Origin: Carcharhinus amblyrhynchos
Taxonomy: Eukaryota
Length of the DNA: 64,000 bases
Reading direction: 5' to 3'
NCBI GenBank assembly: GCA_965287045.1
Contig: OZ336878.1
Coordinates: 10,230,001 to 10,294,000, forward strand
A model generated the notes under the pieces. The model was not told the DNA's origin, made no database searches, and worked only from the letters and a program-made list of their open reading frames with translations. Shown here piece by piece: positions 13,241 through 26,047 of this stretch (positions are counted from its first letter, which is position 1; each line of letters starts with the position of its first letter). The translations under genes and the position numbers were made by a program.

Positions 13241-13627
13241 ACTCCGTTCCTCATTTTGAGGTTTGAGTTAGGGTTTTTTGTTTTGCTGCCTCACTTGTGC
13301 CTCTCTGTTTATGCACTCTTCACACCTATCTTCATTCCTTATCTGTTTCCCGTTACCATCTGCATTCTCTTTCCTCTTTTCTCTTCCAGCATCCAATTTT
13401 TTACTAGGGAATAGAGTTTGCAAACATTGGGGGTATCCAAAGCTTTTCTGGTTTTCCTCTAGAGGATAGATTGAAAGAGATGAGAATCACCGACTTGCTT
13501 TTCATGGAATCAGTTGCAATATAGTGTTTGTGGAAAAGTTGTGTTCGTAAGAAAATTTGACTTAGATGTGTGGAATGTCTAGGGTTTAAAACTGCATTTT
13601 GATGGAGCTAATGTATTTTTCTTTTAG

Positions 13628-13699
13628 TAATTGGTCGAGGTGGGGAACAGATCTCGCGCATACAGCAAGAGTCTGGATGTAAAGTTCAGATTGCGCCTG
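13628..13699 (+). CDS. FUBP1: FUBP1 exon 6 ([23 protein letters not shown]), KH1 GxxG loop
   Basis: ttag|TAA...CCTG|gtaaga, 72 nt. Confidence 0.96.
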
Positions 13700-14216
13700 G
13701 TAAGAGTTTGTTCGTCTTGAATTTTTTATGGTTAAATCATTTGCATTGATATCGAATTAGAAGCTTAGTTTTGGTTGGGCTGTAATGAGCTATTATTAAG
13801 ATACTGCTATCGTCTAGGCAAATTGTCAGAGAGCAATTGGAATAAACAGATAGTTAACACATTCAGAATTAGAATTACACACTGTTAGTTTACTCGAAAC
13901 ATGATAATTTTGTTCTTGGTCCTCCAGATCTTAATTTGATTCCTTTTGATTGAAGGGCATGTTCCCCTCTCTCTTTCTCCCATGTACTTATGTAGCTTTC
14001 CCTTAAATGCATTTAAGCTGATTGCCATAATCTCTTTAAATGCATCTGCCCTTAATTGTGGTATCATCCTTGTGAATCTTTTTTGCGATTTGTCAAGTCT
14101 TTATGTAAATGGAGACCAGATCTGTGCCCATGGTTCTCTGCAGAGTCATGGAGTTTTACAACACAGTGAGAAGCCCATCATGTCCACACTGGCCATCAAG
14201 CATCTATCTAATCTCA

Positions 14217-15356
14217 GAGGACATGGAGTTGGGGGTAGGGTGTTAGCGTGGATAGAGGATTGGTTGTCAAATAGGAGGCAGAGAGTGGGGGTCAATGGGT
14301 GCTATTCGGATTGGCGGTTGGTGACTAGTGGGGTGCCCCAGGGGTCGGTGCTGGGGCCTCAGCTATTTACCATTTATATAGATGATCTGGAGGAGGGAAC
14401 CGAGTGTAGGGTGTCGAAATTTGCTGATGACACCAAGATTGGGGGAAAGGCAAATTGTGCGGAGGGTGTGGAGAGTCTGCAGAAGGATCTAGATAGGCTG
14501 GGTGAATGGGCCAGGAAATGGCAAATGGAATTTAATGTTGGCAAGTGTGAGGTGGTCCACTTTGGTAGGAAGAATGGTAGGAAGGACTATTACTTACGTG
14601 GCGAAAAACTGCAGCAGGCGACGGTGCAGAGGGACCTCGGGGTCCTTGTGCATGAGTCGCAAAAACCCAGCCTGCAGGTGCAGCAGGTGGTCAGGAAGGC
14701 GAATGGGATGCTGGCCTTCATAGCGAGGGGGATTGAATATAAAAGTAGGGAGGTCTTGCTGCAGCTGTATAGGGCATTGGTGAGGCCGCAGCTGGAGTAC
14801 TGTGTGCAGTTTTGGGCGCCGCACCTGCGCAAGGATATTTTGGCCTTGGAGGGAGTGCAGAGGAGGTTTACTAGGCTGATACCGGAGTTGAGGGGGTTGA
14901 GCTATGAGGAGAGGCTGAATAAACTAGGCTTGTACTCGTTAGAGTTTAGAAGAATGAGGGGAGATCTCATTGAGACGTATAAGATGATGAATGGGATGGA
15001 TAGGATAGAGGTGGAAAGACTCTTCCCGCTCAAAAAAGACAGTAGGACTAGGGGGCACAGCCTCAAGATAAAGGGGGGGCAGTTCAGAACGGAGTTGAGG
15101 AGGAACTTCTTCACTCAAAGGGTGGTGAATCTCTGGAATTCTCTGCCCGTTGAAGTGGTGGAGGCTGCCTCGCTAAATATTTTTAAGAAGCGGGTTGATG
15201 GGTTTTTGATAAGAGAGGGGATTAAGGGTTATGGGGCGAGGGCGGGAAAGTGGAACTGAGCCACGACAGATCAGCCATGATCTTATTGAATGGCGGGGCA
15301 GGCTCGAAGGGCCAGATGGCCTACTCCTGCTCCTATTTCTTATGTTCTTATGTTCT
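14217..15356 (+). mobile_element. Young 5'-truncated CR1 LINE with uninterrupted RT C-terminal half, 3' UTR and (TATGTTCT)n tail
   Basis: GVPQGSVLGP and FADD motifs, stop at 15259; 8-bp TSD TAATCTCA at 14209-14216 and 15357-15364. Confidence 0.92.
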
Positions 15357-15427
15357 TAATCTCATTTTTCAGCACTTGGCCATAGCTTTGTATGCTATGG
15401 CATTTCAAGTGCTCATCTAAATACTCC

Positions 15428-15686
15428 TTGGCGTTATGGTGGTTAACACTGCTGCTTCATAATGCCAGGGTCCTAGGTTCGATTCTCAGCTTGCATCACT
15501 GTCTGTGCAGAGTCTACACGTTCCCCCCCCGTGTCTGCGTGGGCTTCCTCCCACAGTCCTGGTTAGCTGCACTGGCTATGCTAAATTCTCCCTCAGTGCA
15601 GGCACCGGAGTGTGGCGATTAGGGGATTTTCACAGTAACTTCATTGCAGTGTTAATGTAAGCATACTTGGGCCACTAACTAAATCT
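15428..15686 (+). mobile_element. V-SINE with 'ggggattttcacagtaacttcattgcag' tail
   Basis: tRNA-like head (ggtggttaacactgctgc...ggttcgattc), core and family tail. Confidence 0.8.
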
Positions 15687-15817
15687 TTCCTATATTCCAT
15701 TCATCGAAGCAACCAACCATTAATCTCTATGTTATTTTCCAACCAGTTTTCTAGCTGTTCTATTCTACTTGCGCTCTGGCTCCACGTGTTCTGACTGTAT
15801 GTGCATTTCATTTTCAG

Positions 15818-15875
15818 ACAGTGGTGGTTTACCAGAAAGATCCTGCATGTTGACAGGAAGTCCTGATTCTATTCT
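15818..15875 (+). CDS. FUBP1: FUBP1 exon 7 (DSGGLPERSCMLTGSPDSI)
   Basis: tcag|ACA...TTCT|gtaagt, 58 nt. Confidence 0.95.
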
Positions 15876-16104
15876 GTAAGTGTACTCCAAGTAGTCAGTG
15901 ATTTCTCTATGCCATAATATCATTGCCTGCAGAATAATTGTAATGCATGGTGTTCGGGTTGCATACGTGGTTATGCATCCAGTTATCTCCCTGTTCTTGC
16001 ATTTAAATTTCTCAGTAGATTGGGAGGTAGTTAAAACTTGCATGAAGATTTTTCACTTGCCCTTTCGCTGACTGTTCCCAAACTTCAAACATTCGATGTT
16101 ACAG

Positions 16105-16267
16105 AGCTGCAAAGAGGCTACTTGATCAAATAGTTGAAAGAGGCCGAATTGGTCCAGGTACGCATCATGGAGATGGACCAGGTACTTCAGTGCAGGAGAT
16201 CATGATTCCTGCAAGCAAGGCTGGACTTGTTATTGGGAAAGGTGGAGAAACAATCAAGCAGTTGCAA
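16105..16267 (+). CDS. FUBP1: FUBP1 exon 8 ([14 protein letters not shown]...[15 protein letters not shown]), KH1 end and KH2 start
   Basis: acag|AGC...GCAA|gtaaga, 163 nt. Confidence 0.96.
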
Positions 16268-16364
16268 GTAAGAGTTCTGTTTACTGTCTTTGCTTCGTAA
16301 ATGCTGAGACCTGGTATTTAAACTCGCAAAGGTGGGTACATGGAGTTGTTTTGTTGCAAAATAG

Positions 16365-16463
16365 GAACGTGCAGGAGTCAAGATGGTGATGATTCAAGAT
16401 GGACCTCAGCCAACAGGATCAGACAAACCCCTCCGCATAACAGGAGATCCATTCAAAGTACAG
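16365..16463 (+). CDS. FUBP1: FUBP1 exon 9 ([33 protein letters not shown])
   Basis: atag|GAA...CAG|gtacga, 99 nt. Confidence 0.96.
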
Positions 16464-16559
16464 GTACGAGGCAGCTTATCTTCCTCACCTTTTTTAGACA
16501 GTGTCACCAATGAATGAAAATGAGGACAAACTTCAGTGTTTTTCTGTTGTGTACATCAG

Positions 16560-16670
16560 CAAGCCAAGGACATGGTGATGGATCTAATTCGTGACCGAGA
16601 CCAAGGTGGTTTTAGGGAGCAGCGCAATGAATATGGATCCCGTTTGGGAGGAACCAATGAAGCATTGGAT
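16560..16670 (+). CDS. FUBP1: FUBP1 exon 10 ([37 protein letters not shown])
   Basis: tcag|CAA...GAT|gtaagt, 111 nt. Confidence 0.95.
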
Positions 16671-16916
16671 GTAAGTACAAGGCACACTGACCAAGCAAAT
16701 GAAATAATGTTTTCCAGCCTGTAATTTATGCAACAAAGAATTATTCAGCTTCAATCTTCGTGTTATTTTCAATTGACTTGTGTTTAATTTTTATTGTATT
16801 GACATGTTTGGTATATTGCTTTTACAGGCAAATCTGGCAGTGTTATTTATAACTGCCACTGGTTTTGTCCAAAGGGCCTCTTTGTTGTAGTAGATACTAA
16901 TTATTTTTTCTCTTAG

Positions 16917-17019
16917 GTCCCTGTACCTCGATTTGCTGTTGGTATTGTAATAGGGAGAAGTGGAGAAATGATCAAGAAGATACAGAATGATGCTGGTGTG
17001 AGGATTCAGTTCAAGCCAG
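16917..17019 (+). CDS. FUBP1: FUBP1 exon 11 ([34 protein letters not shown]), KH3
   Basis: ttag|GTC...CCAG|gtgaat, 103 nt. Confidence 0.96.
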
Positions 17020-17115
17020 GTGAATTTAATACAACCTTAACTGTTCTGCAATTGGAATAAGATTTAATGCCTTTTCTTGTTGCAAAAAAAAACTTGCCAA
17101 TTTTTTTATCACAAG

Positions 17116-17216
17116 ATGATGGGACGACGCCAGAAAGAATAGCTCAGATCCTGGGCCCTCCAGACAGATGTCAGCATGCTGCAGAAATACTTACAGACCT
17201 CCTACGAAGTGTGGAG
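17116..17216 (+). CDS. FUBP1: FUBP1 exon 12 ([34 protein letters not shown])
   Basis: caag|ATG...GAG|gttagg, 101 nt. Confidence 0.95.
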
Positions 17217-17408
17217 GTTAGGTTACAAATGCTTTCTTTTTAAGCATGCCAATTTAAATGTCTGTCGTAAGAGTGTTTGACTAGAATTTTCATTATCTGT
17301 ACCTACACTGTATTGATTGTTGATAGCTAGAAAATACCTTTAGGATGCTTGCCATTTGGGGCCTTTATGTGAGCAGTGGTTCAGAAGTTTTTTCACTCCC
17401 ACTTTTAG

Positions 17409-17556
17409 GCTGGCATGCCTCCAGGTCCTGGTGGCCCTGGACCTGGCAGAGGAAGAGGGAGAGGCCAAGGGAACTGGAATATGGGCCCTCCAGGTGGACT
17501 TCAAGAGTTCACTTTCACAGTACCCAGCAGCAAGACTGGCATCATCATTGGCAAAG
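17409..17556 (+). CDS. FUBP1: FUBP1 exon 13 ([49 protein letters not shown]), GR linker and KH4 start
   Basis: ttag|GCT...AAAG|gtaatg, 148 nt. Confidence 0.95.
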
Positions 17557-18171
17557 GTAATGTGTTGTCATGAAAAAGTTACTCTTGGTTTCTTTTTAGT
17601 TTTGCATTACCTGCGCAAATAATTACATACCTTTAAAGACAGTGTAGTGCTTTCCTATTGAACAGAATTGCTGAACTGAAGTTAACGCTTTCTAATTAAA
17701 TTGCATAGTGTTAACAGCTCAAACTGGCCATTCAACCTAAAATGTGTGTGTTGGTGCTTATGGTGCATCTAATCCTATTCTCATTTTTTTTCCATTCTCT
17801 TCATTCTTGATACTCATCTAGATAACCCTTAAATGCACCTGTGCTGTTTGCCCCATGTGTAGCAAGTTCCATATTCTAACCATTAGTGGATGTGGTTCTG
17901 TTCTTTGGCATTGATGAGAGGATTTGAAAATGGGCCATGTGATGACTTGAGTAGAAAAAGCTTGCTGGCAAAAATATTCTGATGTGATACGAAAGGCCAG
18001 TTGTTTATTTGGTTAAAGTGTTGAATAATTATACAATATTCTCAGGTGGTTCACAAGCAAAACGTTGGCATTTTAAATGCAAATATTGATCACAGATTTC
18101 CCTGGGGTGCAGGGAGTGCTGTTCTGATCTACCTGAGAGACTTTTAATTCACCTAAGCACGGTTTGAGGTA

Positions 18172-18330
18172 AAATAAGCAAAATACTGCAGATTCTGGAA
18201 TCCGAAACAAGATAAGAGAATGCTGGAAATACTTAGCAGGTCCATCAGCATCTATTAGGATCAAAGAGTCAATTGATTGGAAATGTTAACTCTGCTAATA
18301 CATGCTGGCAGACCGGCTGAGGTTTACCAC
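18172..18330. mobile_element. Degenerate Penelope-derived foldback remnant
   Basis: Inverted family tail 'aaaatactgcagattctgg...gcagg..cagcatct' followed by forward 'gaaatgttaactctg...atgctggcagacc'. Confidence 0.5.
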
Positions 18331-18848
18331 GTTAGCTGGCTTGAGATGCTCTACTCCTGTTTTGTACGATTATATTAGATTCTTGACTGACAAAAGGGGT
18401 CAGAGGTTATTCGGAGTGGGTGGGAATGTTGAGTTGAGTCCACAGTCAGATCAGCCATGATCTTATGGATTGGTGGTGTAGGCTCGAGGCACTGAACAAC
18501 CTACTCCTGTTCCTAATTTGTTTGCTTTTATTAGTCTGCTTTAGCTAAAACCTGTGGGGAATAGAGAAAATATGGTCATTTTAGCTTCAAGTGAAGGCAG
18601 ATAATTGGGGCATAGTGTTAGGGGCTTTACCCTGCAGCTAACCTCTGATATATCTTATCTGAGGGTGTTTGCCACTGATACTGTTGTGTAAAATGGCTAA
18701 GCACTCAATTTCACACCACTTCCTCGGCTTTGACTAAAAAGTGTCGACACAATGTTTGATTACTGATTGTCAGTTAATCAACAAGTGAACATGTGAATGA
18801 CACCCATGTTTGACAGATTAATGCCAGTTTTCTTGATGATTGCCGTAG

Positions 18849-19009
18849 GTGGTGAGACCGTAAAGGCAATTAGCCAACAGTCGGGAGCACGGATAGAGCT
18901 TCAGAGAAACCCACCTCCGAATGCTGATCCCAACTTTAAAATGTTTATTATTCGTGGATCGACTCAGCAGATTGATTACGCGAGACAACTTATTGAAGAA
19001 AAAATTGGG
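18849..19009 (+). CDS. FUBP1: FUBP1 exon 14 ([53 protein letters not shown]), KH4
   Basis: gtag|GTG...GGG|gtaagc, 161 nt. Confidence 0.96.
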
Positions 19010-19899
19010 GTAAGCTCAAGAAGACTGTTTGTTTATTTAATAAGATCTTTGTGAGACAAAATGAATCCTATGATGAAGCTTCCTGAGAGATCGTTAGATG
19101 AGTTATTGCAGATTAACAACTTTCACTACTTTGAGTACATGAGCAGATTGCCATGATTCACTTGGTTTAATTGCTCTCATACCCCATGGTGTGCTTGTTT
19201 CCAGGCTGTCGCTAGACACTTATCTCTAGGATTTAGAAAAGGAATTTAGTGGTGCTTAAAGTAGATCAATCATGGTAGTAGGAAAGTCATTGATAAAATA
19301 ATCAAAACTTGCTTTGAATCACATGTTTGGAGGATCTGCAGACTCTCTTGTTTTTGATTGGACTTCATAGCATATGGAGCAGCTAATGTTTGTGTAGCAT
19401 TCCACGTGTAAAGGAACATCTCCATGTTTTATCTGAACACCAAGCAGCAAGTGAATGGTAAATAGTTTGTTATTTTGACCATACTGGTGGCGTTCCTTAC
19501 TGGTGTTCCCATGTAAGCTGAAGTTTGATGTTTCACCTGTCTTACCTCTCTGAATTTTGCAGATAACCAAATAAGCAGTAACTAAAGTGCACGCTGATCA
19601 AAAATATACATGCAGACTCTGCTTTTCATCTGACTGTTTTGCAAAAAAACACATAACTGTTCCAGTACACATACAAATGCTCTGCAGTTTTGAATATCAT
19701 CAACCCAATAGTGTTTATTACTGATTTTTGAAACTTACCAATGGAAAATACAGTCTGCCAGGTATGGATTCCACAGTCCCTGCATGTGGTGGCTGACATG
19801 TTGAATAATAGTTTGTGAAAATGGGGTGTAATGGCTGCTTTCAAATAGCAGTGCAATACAAGGGCCAGAAGGCTGCAAAGAGATGTATTGGGTTAGGTT

Positions 19900-20680
19900 T
19901 TGAGTGTGCGACAAGATGGTAGATGGAGTGTAATGTGATCGAGTGCATGGTTACTCAGATGGTGGTAAGAATAAAAAGCATAGTATTTTTTAAAAGGGAT
20001 GAAGATTTTTAGCTGTTCAGTGACAATTGGATGTATTTGTACAAGGAACACAGAAGTTGGCGTGTAGGTACAGCAAGTAATTAGAAGAGAAATAACCTTT
20101 ATTGCAAGGAGATTGGAGGATAAAAATAAGGAAATCATACTGCAGTTATAAGGGATTTTGGTAAGACCTTGCCCACAGTACTGTATGCAGTTTTGGTTTC
20201 TATAATTCAGTAAGTATATACTTGCATTGGAAGTAGTGCAACAAAGGTTCACAAATTGATTCTGGGATGAGAGGATTGATTTCTAAGATGGGCTATGAAA
20301 AGTAGATTTATATTCGCTTGGATCTCTTTGAAATATGCAAGATTCTGGAGAGGCTCAGCAGAGCAAACACAAAGATTGTTTCCCCTGGCTGGGGATCGTA
20401 AAACAATCTCAGGTTCAGGAGTAGATCATTTGGGGCTGAGGTGGTAATATTTCTTAATTCTGAGAATGTCTGGAATTATCTACCCCAAGGGGTTGTGAAT
20501 ACTCATTCATTAAGGATTTTTAAGGTTGAGGTACAGATTTTTGGTTTGTCGGAAACAAATGATGTATGTATTAGGTGTGAAAGTGCAGTTGAGGCAGAAG
20601 ATTGCGATTGTTTTGGATGACGGAGCAAGCTTGAGGAGCTGAAGATTTACTCCTGCCCATTTATGTCTTAAGTTCTTGTG
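19900..20680 (+). mobile_element. Degenerate CR1 LINE 3' fragment
   Basis: Decayed MEYNV / QQVIRK / LQLY.ALVRP.LEYCVQFW coding and CR1 tail. Confidence 0.7.
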
Positions 20681-21039
20681 TTTAAATAATGGACAGATAG
20701 ATGGAGTGGATTGGATCATTACCAGCATTGGCCGAGAAGTTGTAAAGAAGGATCTTGATGACTTCTGTGTGCAAAGAATGTTAATGGGGGCTTTGTGATA
20801 AAGGAGCAAATTGTTAAATTTGTCTAATGATGCATCATTGATGACATTCATCTCCTGGAGCATATTTGATTGTTGTAAATAGTCAAGGGGTGATTTCATG
20901 TAGTCCTGCCAATTCCAAAGACATGGGTTTAAACAGCAGGACTATCTGAGGACAATGTCAGTGATCCCCACCTCCAACTCACCAGTACCACCAGGCATGA
21001 CTCTTCCATTGTCTTCAAATTATCAGATATGGAGTGCAT

Positions 21040-21770
21040 CATCAAACTTAGATGAGCTGAAATTTTGTCCAGTTAAATATTGGGTAGATGGAATCCATTT
21101 GCCTTTGCTCCCCACTGTAGACTCAGTTCAGTAGCCATCAGCTTCATCTCTACTTAAGGCTGAACCCGAATGGTTGGAATCTTGGTGTCTCAATTTCACC
21201 CCAAGATGAGCTTCTTACCATTACCATCATAGGACCATTTATTTCAACCTCCATAACGTTGCCTGACTCTGCTCACCTACTGCAACCCTCATTGGTGCCT
21301 TTCTTATCTCTAGACTTGACTATTCCAACACACTACTGATCAGTCCCACTCATTCTACCCTTAATAATTTTGAGATTATCTAATCTCTGATGCCTGCGGT
21401 TTAACTTGCTCCAAATTCAATTCACCCATTAATAATCAATGTCGGCTGCTAGTTGAAGTACTCATCCTTGTTTTCAGATCTCTCCGTGACCCCTCTATTC
21501 TGTAATTTTTAGCTGCAAAACCCTGATTTGGATGTTCTGATTTTAACTGTTCCAGAATCGATTGCACGATAGCTTCCATGGTACTAAACTCTGGAATTCC
21601 TACCCTAACCGTTTGCTTCTTACCTTCTTTAAAATGCCCTACCTTTCTAGCTGAGCTTTTGATTTTCTTCTCTTAATATCTCCTTATGTGGTTCAGTGTC
21701 GAATTTTTCTTCAAATGCTTCTGAAAGCACCTTGGGGTAAAGTTATAGACCCTATATAAATACAAGTCTG
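21040..21770 (+). mobile_element. Degenerate L2-like LINE 3' remnant
   Basis: 'accctcattggtgcctttcttatctctagacttgactattccaac' (TLI.AF..SRLDYSN) and 'ctatataaatacaagt' tail. Confidence 0.65.
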
Positions 21771-22322
21771 TTCTCCAGTATATAGGGTGAACCTTAGTGG
21801 GTCCGTGGTTCTGACACAGTGTCCCAGTGATCGATAATGTAACAATACTTCATAGCGTCCCAGTGACAAATCAGGTAGTCAAATCAGTTTGTTCAGTGCA
21901 TTGTTAATTTTAACGCAGGCTGCTGCAAGATCATTAACAAATGAAAATGAAATTAAGGTTTGTAATCTGCAGCCTCCATTTTTGTCACAAACCAAACGAA
22001 GAGGAAATGTCCTAAAATTAGGATTAAATTTGTAGTTTTCTGAATCAAGCATTGTGAAATTTTCCATTTTATGATGAAATGCTGCTATATTTATGTGAAA
22101 CAAAGTTTTATCCACTCCTGCATGGAAATAATGGAGTTGACCAGTCTGAGAGTCTGGAAAATGCATTGATGGGGGAATATTTTTAATATCTTTTTAAAAA
22201 TGTCTAGTTTAGCTCTCAGTGAGAATAATAAGTTGTTTTTCATATGGGCTGGTGCTCTCTCCACAGGAACCTCCCTATTTGTAGACTTGATTATATTTCA
22301 CAATGTATGTTTGTGTATTTAG

Positions 22323-22483
22323 GCTCCTACTGGTCCTCCTGGGCCACCTGGCCCCCATGGTCCTCATGGACCCCACTTGCCTCCTGGCCCTCATGGGCCC
22401 CCTGGTCCTCCAGGCCCTGGAACTCCAATGGGACCCTATAATCCGGGGCCCTATAATCCAGGACCACCTGGTCCTCCTCAGCA
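22323..22483 (+). CDS. FUBP1: FUBP1 exon 15 (Pro/Gly-rich APTGPPGPPGPHGPH...PYNPGPPGPPQ)
   Basis: ttag|GCT...AGCA|gtaagt, 161 nt. Confidence 0.93.
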
Positions 22484-22573
22484 GTAAGTAATCTGATTTA
22501 AATCGAACAATTGTTTTAAATTTGACTACAGAGTAAGGAATGTTGCCATTACTTAATCTCTCAACCTCTGCAG

Positions 22574-22653
22574 TGGTCCACCAGCACCGTATGCTCCACA
22601 AGGATGGGGGAATGCCTATCAGCCCTGGCAGCAACAGGGCCAACCAGATCCAA
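22574..22653 (+). CDS. FUBP1: FUBP1 exon 16 (GPPAPYAPQGWGNAYQPWQQQGQPDP)
   Basis: gcag|TGG...CCAA|gtaaga, 80 nt. Confidence 0.95.
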
Positions 22654-22719
22654 GTAAGACACAATTTCTTTCTTAACATTTTGCATCAGAGCTTTTAAAA
22701 GCAATCTACTGAGCTCCTC

Positions 22720-23090
22720 AATGGCTCATTTGCAGTATATAATTGGGCCATGCAGACCCACAGGGCCCAGGTTTGATTCCTAGTATGTGCTGAGTTGGCT
22801 TATCTCAGCCAGGGTGGGTGGGGTGGTATTATTTAGGGTTCCCACCCCTATATGCTATTCAGTGACCCCTGCTCAAAAAGCATGTGTGCGCCAGCATCAG
22901 TTGAGGTCAGGGTCAGTTTTGACTGGGATGTCCTGTCCAGTTAAATAGCTGAACAACTTTTGCACTGTTGTGGCTGAAACGTGCAGATTGACCACTCGGT
23001 TGGGATACTGGAGAGTAGCTTGCACTTGTGGCATCATACATGAGCAGGACCTGACACCTTCAGGGGAGGAAGAGGGAAAGAGAAGTGATT
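22720..23090 (+). mobile_element. Ancient tRNA-derived SINE (AmnSINE2/LF-SINE-like, family uncertain)
   Basis: B-box-like 'ggtttgattcc' followed by 'tgtgctgagttggcttatctcagcc'. Confidence 0.4.
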
Positions 23091-23192
23091 CACTGACCTT
23101 GCTATAATACTGTAATGTATTAAATAACTTGAACATTTTTATCTACAGCATTTGAATACCAGCAGTAATAAAATATTTTTAATCTATTGTAG

Positions 23193-23318
23193 ATAAAGCT
23201 GGAGATGCAAATACAGCTGCATGGGCAGCATATTACGCTCAGTATTATCAGCAACAAGCACAGCAGCCACCTGCAGCTTCAAGCACTGGTCAGGGCAATA
23301 CCCCAAATTCTGCACAGG
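23193..23318 (+). CDS. FUBP1: FUBP1 exon 17 (KAGDANTAAWAAYYAQYYQQQ...), tyrosine motif 1
   Basis: gtag|ATA...CAGG|gtaaat, 126 nt. Confidence 0.94.
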
Positions 23319-23671
23319 GTAAATCATCGGGTATTTTTATTAGATCTTCTGGCTACACTGACAGAAATTTAATTGCTGCAGTTTTTAAAATCTTTTAAGA
23401 ACTAAGCTTGCATCTTACTCCAAAAGAAATTTCATAAGCTCTGATTTCTTTTGGAAACCAGTATTAGCTGTTATAGTATTCTTGTTTCTTAAATCAGTGG
23501 CATTATGTGCCTAAATCACTTTACACAGAGAGTTAGAAAAGCTGTTCTCAATTAGTGTAGCAGCTTTTGGGTTTTCCTTATGTTACAAAACTGCCTTCTT
23601 CTATTCCCTCCATGGGAAATGACAACCTTGGTGTTAATATGATATTGACAGTGTTGTACTTTTATCAGCAG

Positions 23672-23752
23672 GTGACCCAAACCAGCCCAATGCGGCCCAG
23701 GCTCCTCAGACCGATTATACCAAAGCCTGGGAAGAATATTACAAGAAATTAG
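23672..23752 (+). CDS. FUBP1: FUBP1 exon 18 ([26 protein letters not shown]), tyrosine motif 2; NAGNAG alternative start at 23669
   Basis: cagcag|GTG...TTAG|gtaaac, 81 nt. Confidence 0.93.
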   Translation: MTQTSPMRPRLLRPIIPKPGKNITRN

Positions 23753-23840
23753 GTAAACACCTGGGCATGCCTTCTCAAAATTTTGGCAAATGAAAGGAGA
23801 TGTGCAGGTTAGGTGGATTGATCATGCTAAATTGCCACTT

Positions 23841-25330
23841 AACATAAGAAATAGGAGCAGGAGTAGACCATCTAGCCCTTTGAGCCTGCCTCGCCATTCA
23901 ACAAGGTCATGGCTGATCTGAAGCGGATCGGTTCCACTTTCCTGCTTTCTCCCCATAACCCTTAATTCCCTTGTCCATCAGAAATCTATCTACCTGTGAC
24001 TTAAATATATTCAGCAAGGTAGCCTCCACCACTTCAATGGGCAGAGAATTCCAGAGACTCACTACCCTTTGAGTGAAGAAGTTCCTCCTCAACTCCAATC
24101 TAAACTGCTCCCCCCCCCGCTTATTTTGAGGCTGTGCCCTCTAGTTCTGCTATGGTTTCCAAGTGGGAAGAATCTGTCTACCCTATCTATCCCCTTCATT
24201 ATCTTATACGTCTCTATAAGATCCCCCTCATCCTTCTAAACTCCAACGAGTACAGACCCAGTCTATTCAATCTCTCCTCATAGGCTAACCCCCTCATCTC
24301 TGGTATCAGCCTAGTGAACCTTCTCTGCACTCCCTCCAAGGCCAATATATCCTTTCGCAAATGCAGCAACCAAAACTGCACACAGTACTCCAGTTGCGGC
24401 CTCACCAATGCCCTGTACAGTTGCAGCAAGACCTCCCTGCTTTTATATTCTATCCCTCTCGCTATAAAGGCCAACATTCCATTCGCCTTCTTGATCACCT
24501 GTTGCACCTGCAGACTGGGTTTTTGTGATTTGTGCACAAGGACCCCCAGGTCCCTCTACACCATAGCATGCTGCAGCTTTTCGCCCTTTAAATAATAATC
24601 CCTCCTATTATTTCTACCAAAGTGGATAACCTCACATTTGCTAACATTATACTCCATCTGCCAGGTCCTCGCCCACTCACTCGGCCTATCTAGATCTCTC
24701 TGCAGACTTTCCACGTCTTCCACGCAATTTGCTTTTCCACTCATCTTCGTGTCATCAGCAAATTTCATCACCCTACGCTCAGCCCCCTCCTCCAGAATGT
24801 CTATGTAAATGGTAAACAGTTGAGGCCCCAGCATCAGTCCCTGCGGCACTCCACTAGTCACCAACTGCCAACCAGAATAGCACCCACTAATTCCAACATT
24901 CTGCTTCCTATTAGACAACCAATCCTCTATCCACGCTAACACCTTACCCCCAACTCCATGCACCCTAACCTTTTGCAGCAACCTTTTGTGAGGCACCTTA
25001 TCAAATGCCTTTTGGAAATCTAAAAACGCCACATCCACTGGTTCCCCTCTGTCTACCGCACTAGTCACATCCTCATAGAAATCCAGTAAATTCGTTAAAC
25101 ACGACTTCCCCTTCACGAATCAGTGCTGCGTATGCTTGATCAAACCGTTCTTTTCTAGGTGTCTCACTATTTCTTCTTTGATGGATTCTAGCATTTTTCC
25201 AACTATGGGCGTTAAACTAACTGGCCTATAATTCCCTGCCTTTTGTCTGCTACCTTTTTTAAACAGCAGCGTAACATTAGCTGTTTTCCAATCTTCTGGC
25301 ACTTCCCCAGAGTCCAGCGAATTTTGATAA
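23841..25330 (-). mobile_element. 5'-truncated CR1 LINE (RT domain, disrupted) inserted into a V-SINE
   Basis: ORFs 25120-25302, 24556-25116, 24214-24537 and 23907-24098 (-) carry NYRPVSL, LDFQKAFDKVPH, GVPQG, FADD; SINE halves flank at 23799-23840 and 25360-25495. Confidence 0.92.
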
Positions 25331-26047
25331 ATAATTTATCCTAAGTTAAATAACTTGGTTCCCAAGATGTGTAGCTTAGGGGGATTAAATATGTGGTGTT
25401 ACGGGGATGTGCCTGAATAAGATGCTCTGTCAGAGAGTTAGTGCAGGCTTGATGGCCTGAATGACCCCCTTCTGTATTGTAGGGATTCTGTGATGTACAA
25501 AAAAATGTCCAGTCAGGCTAAAGAATAAATCATGTACAAAGCTCAACACTGCTCATTACTACTGAGTTAAGTATTCCTATTTCATCCTGGGTGGATTGAG
25601 TATAATTTACAAGTGGCATTGGCCTATAATAGGCATGATTACCTGGTCCACTTTTCTACTGAACTAGAGTGCATGACAAGTCTTTGTGCTGGTGCTAATC
25701 ACCTGAAGTTAAAACTCATGGAATTCAAAAGGCACGTTGTATTAATATTTTATTCAAATGCATTGATTATTTGTACCAATATAATGCCTAATCATTAGCA
25801 AATTCAAAACCATTTTTGAATCGTCTTGGTTTTTCTTCTTGTTTTATCTTTAGATATTCCAAATAAATGGGATTTTAAATAGCCTGAGTTTTTAAGGAAA
25901 GTATTGGATGATGATGTGCACCCAAAATAGTTAGTTATTTTGCGTGTTAATTCATTACTTTAAAGACTGAAACTGTCTACATTTTATCTGCATATTCTTT
26001 GCTTAATTAGACTTCTTTCATAAAAATGTTACCCATGTTTTGTTCAG

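Noticed and set aside
13946-15259. 437-aa ORF as a novel or domesticated reverse transcriptase gene
   Set aside because: Only 14217 onward is CR1 sequence, bounded by a TSD and tail. The N-terminal ~90 codons are chance open intron sequence with a TTG start, and the endonuclease and N-terminal RT regions are missing.
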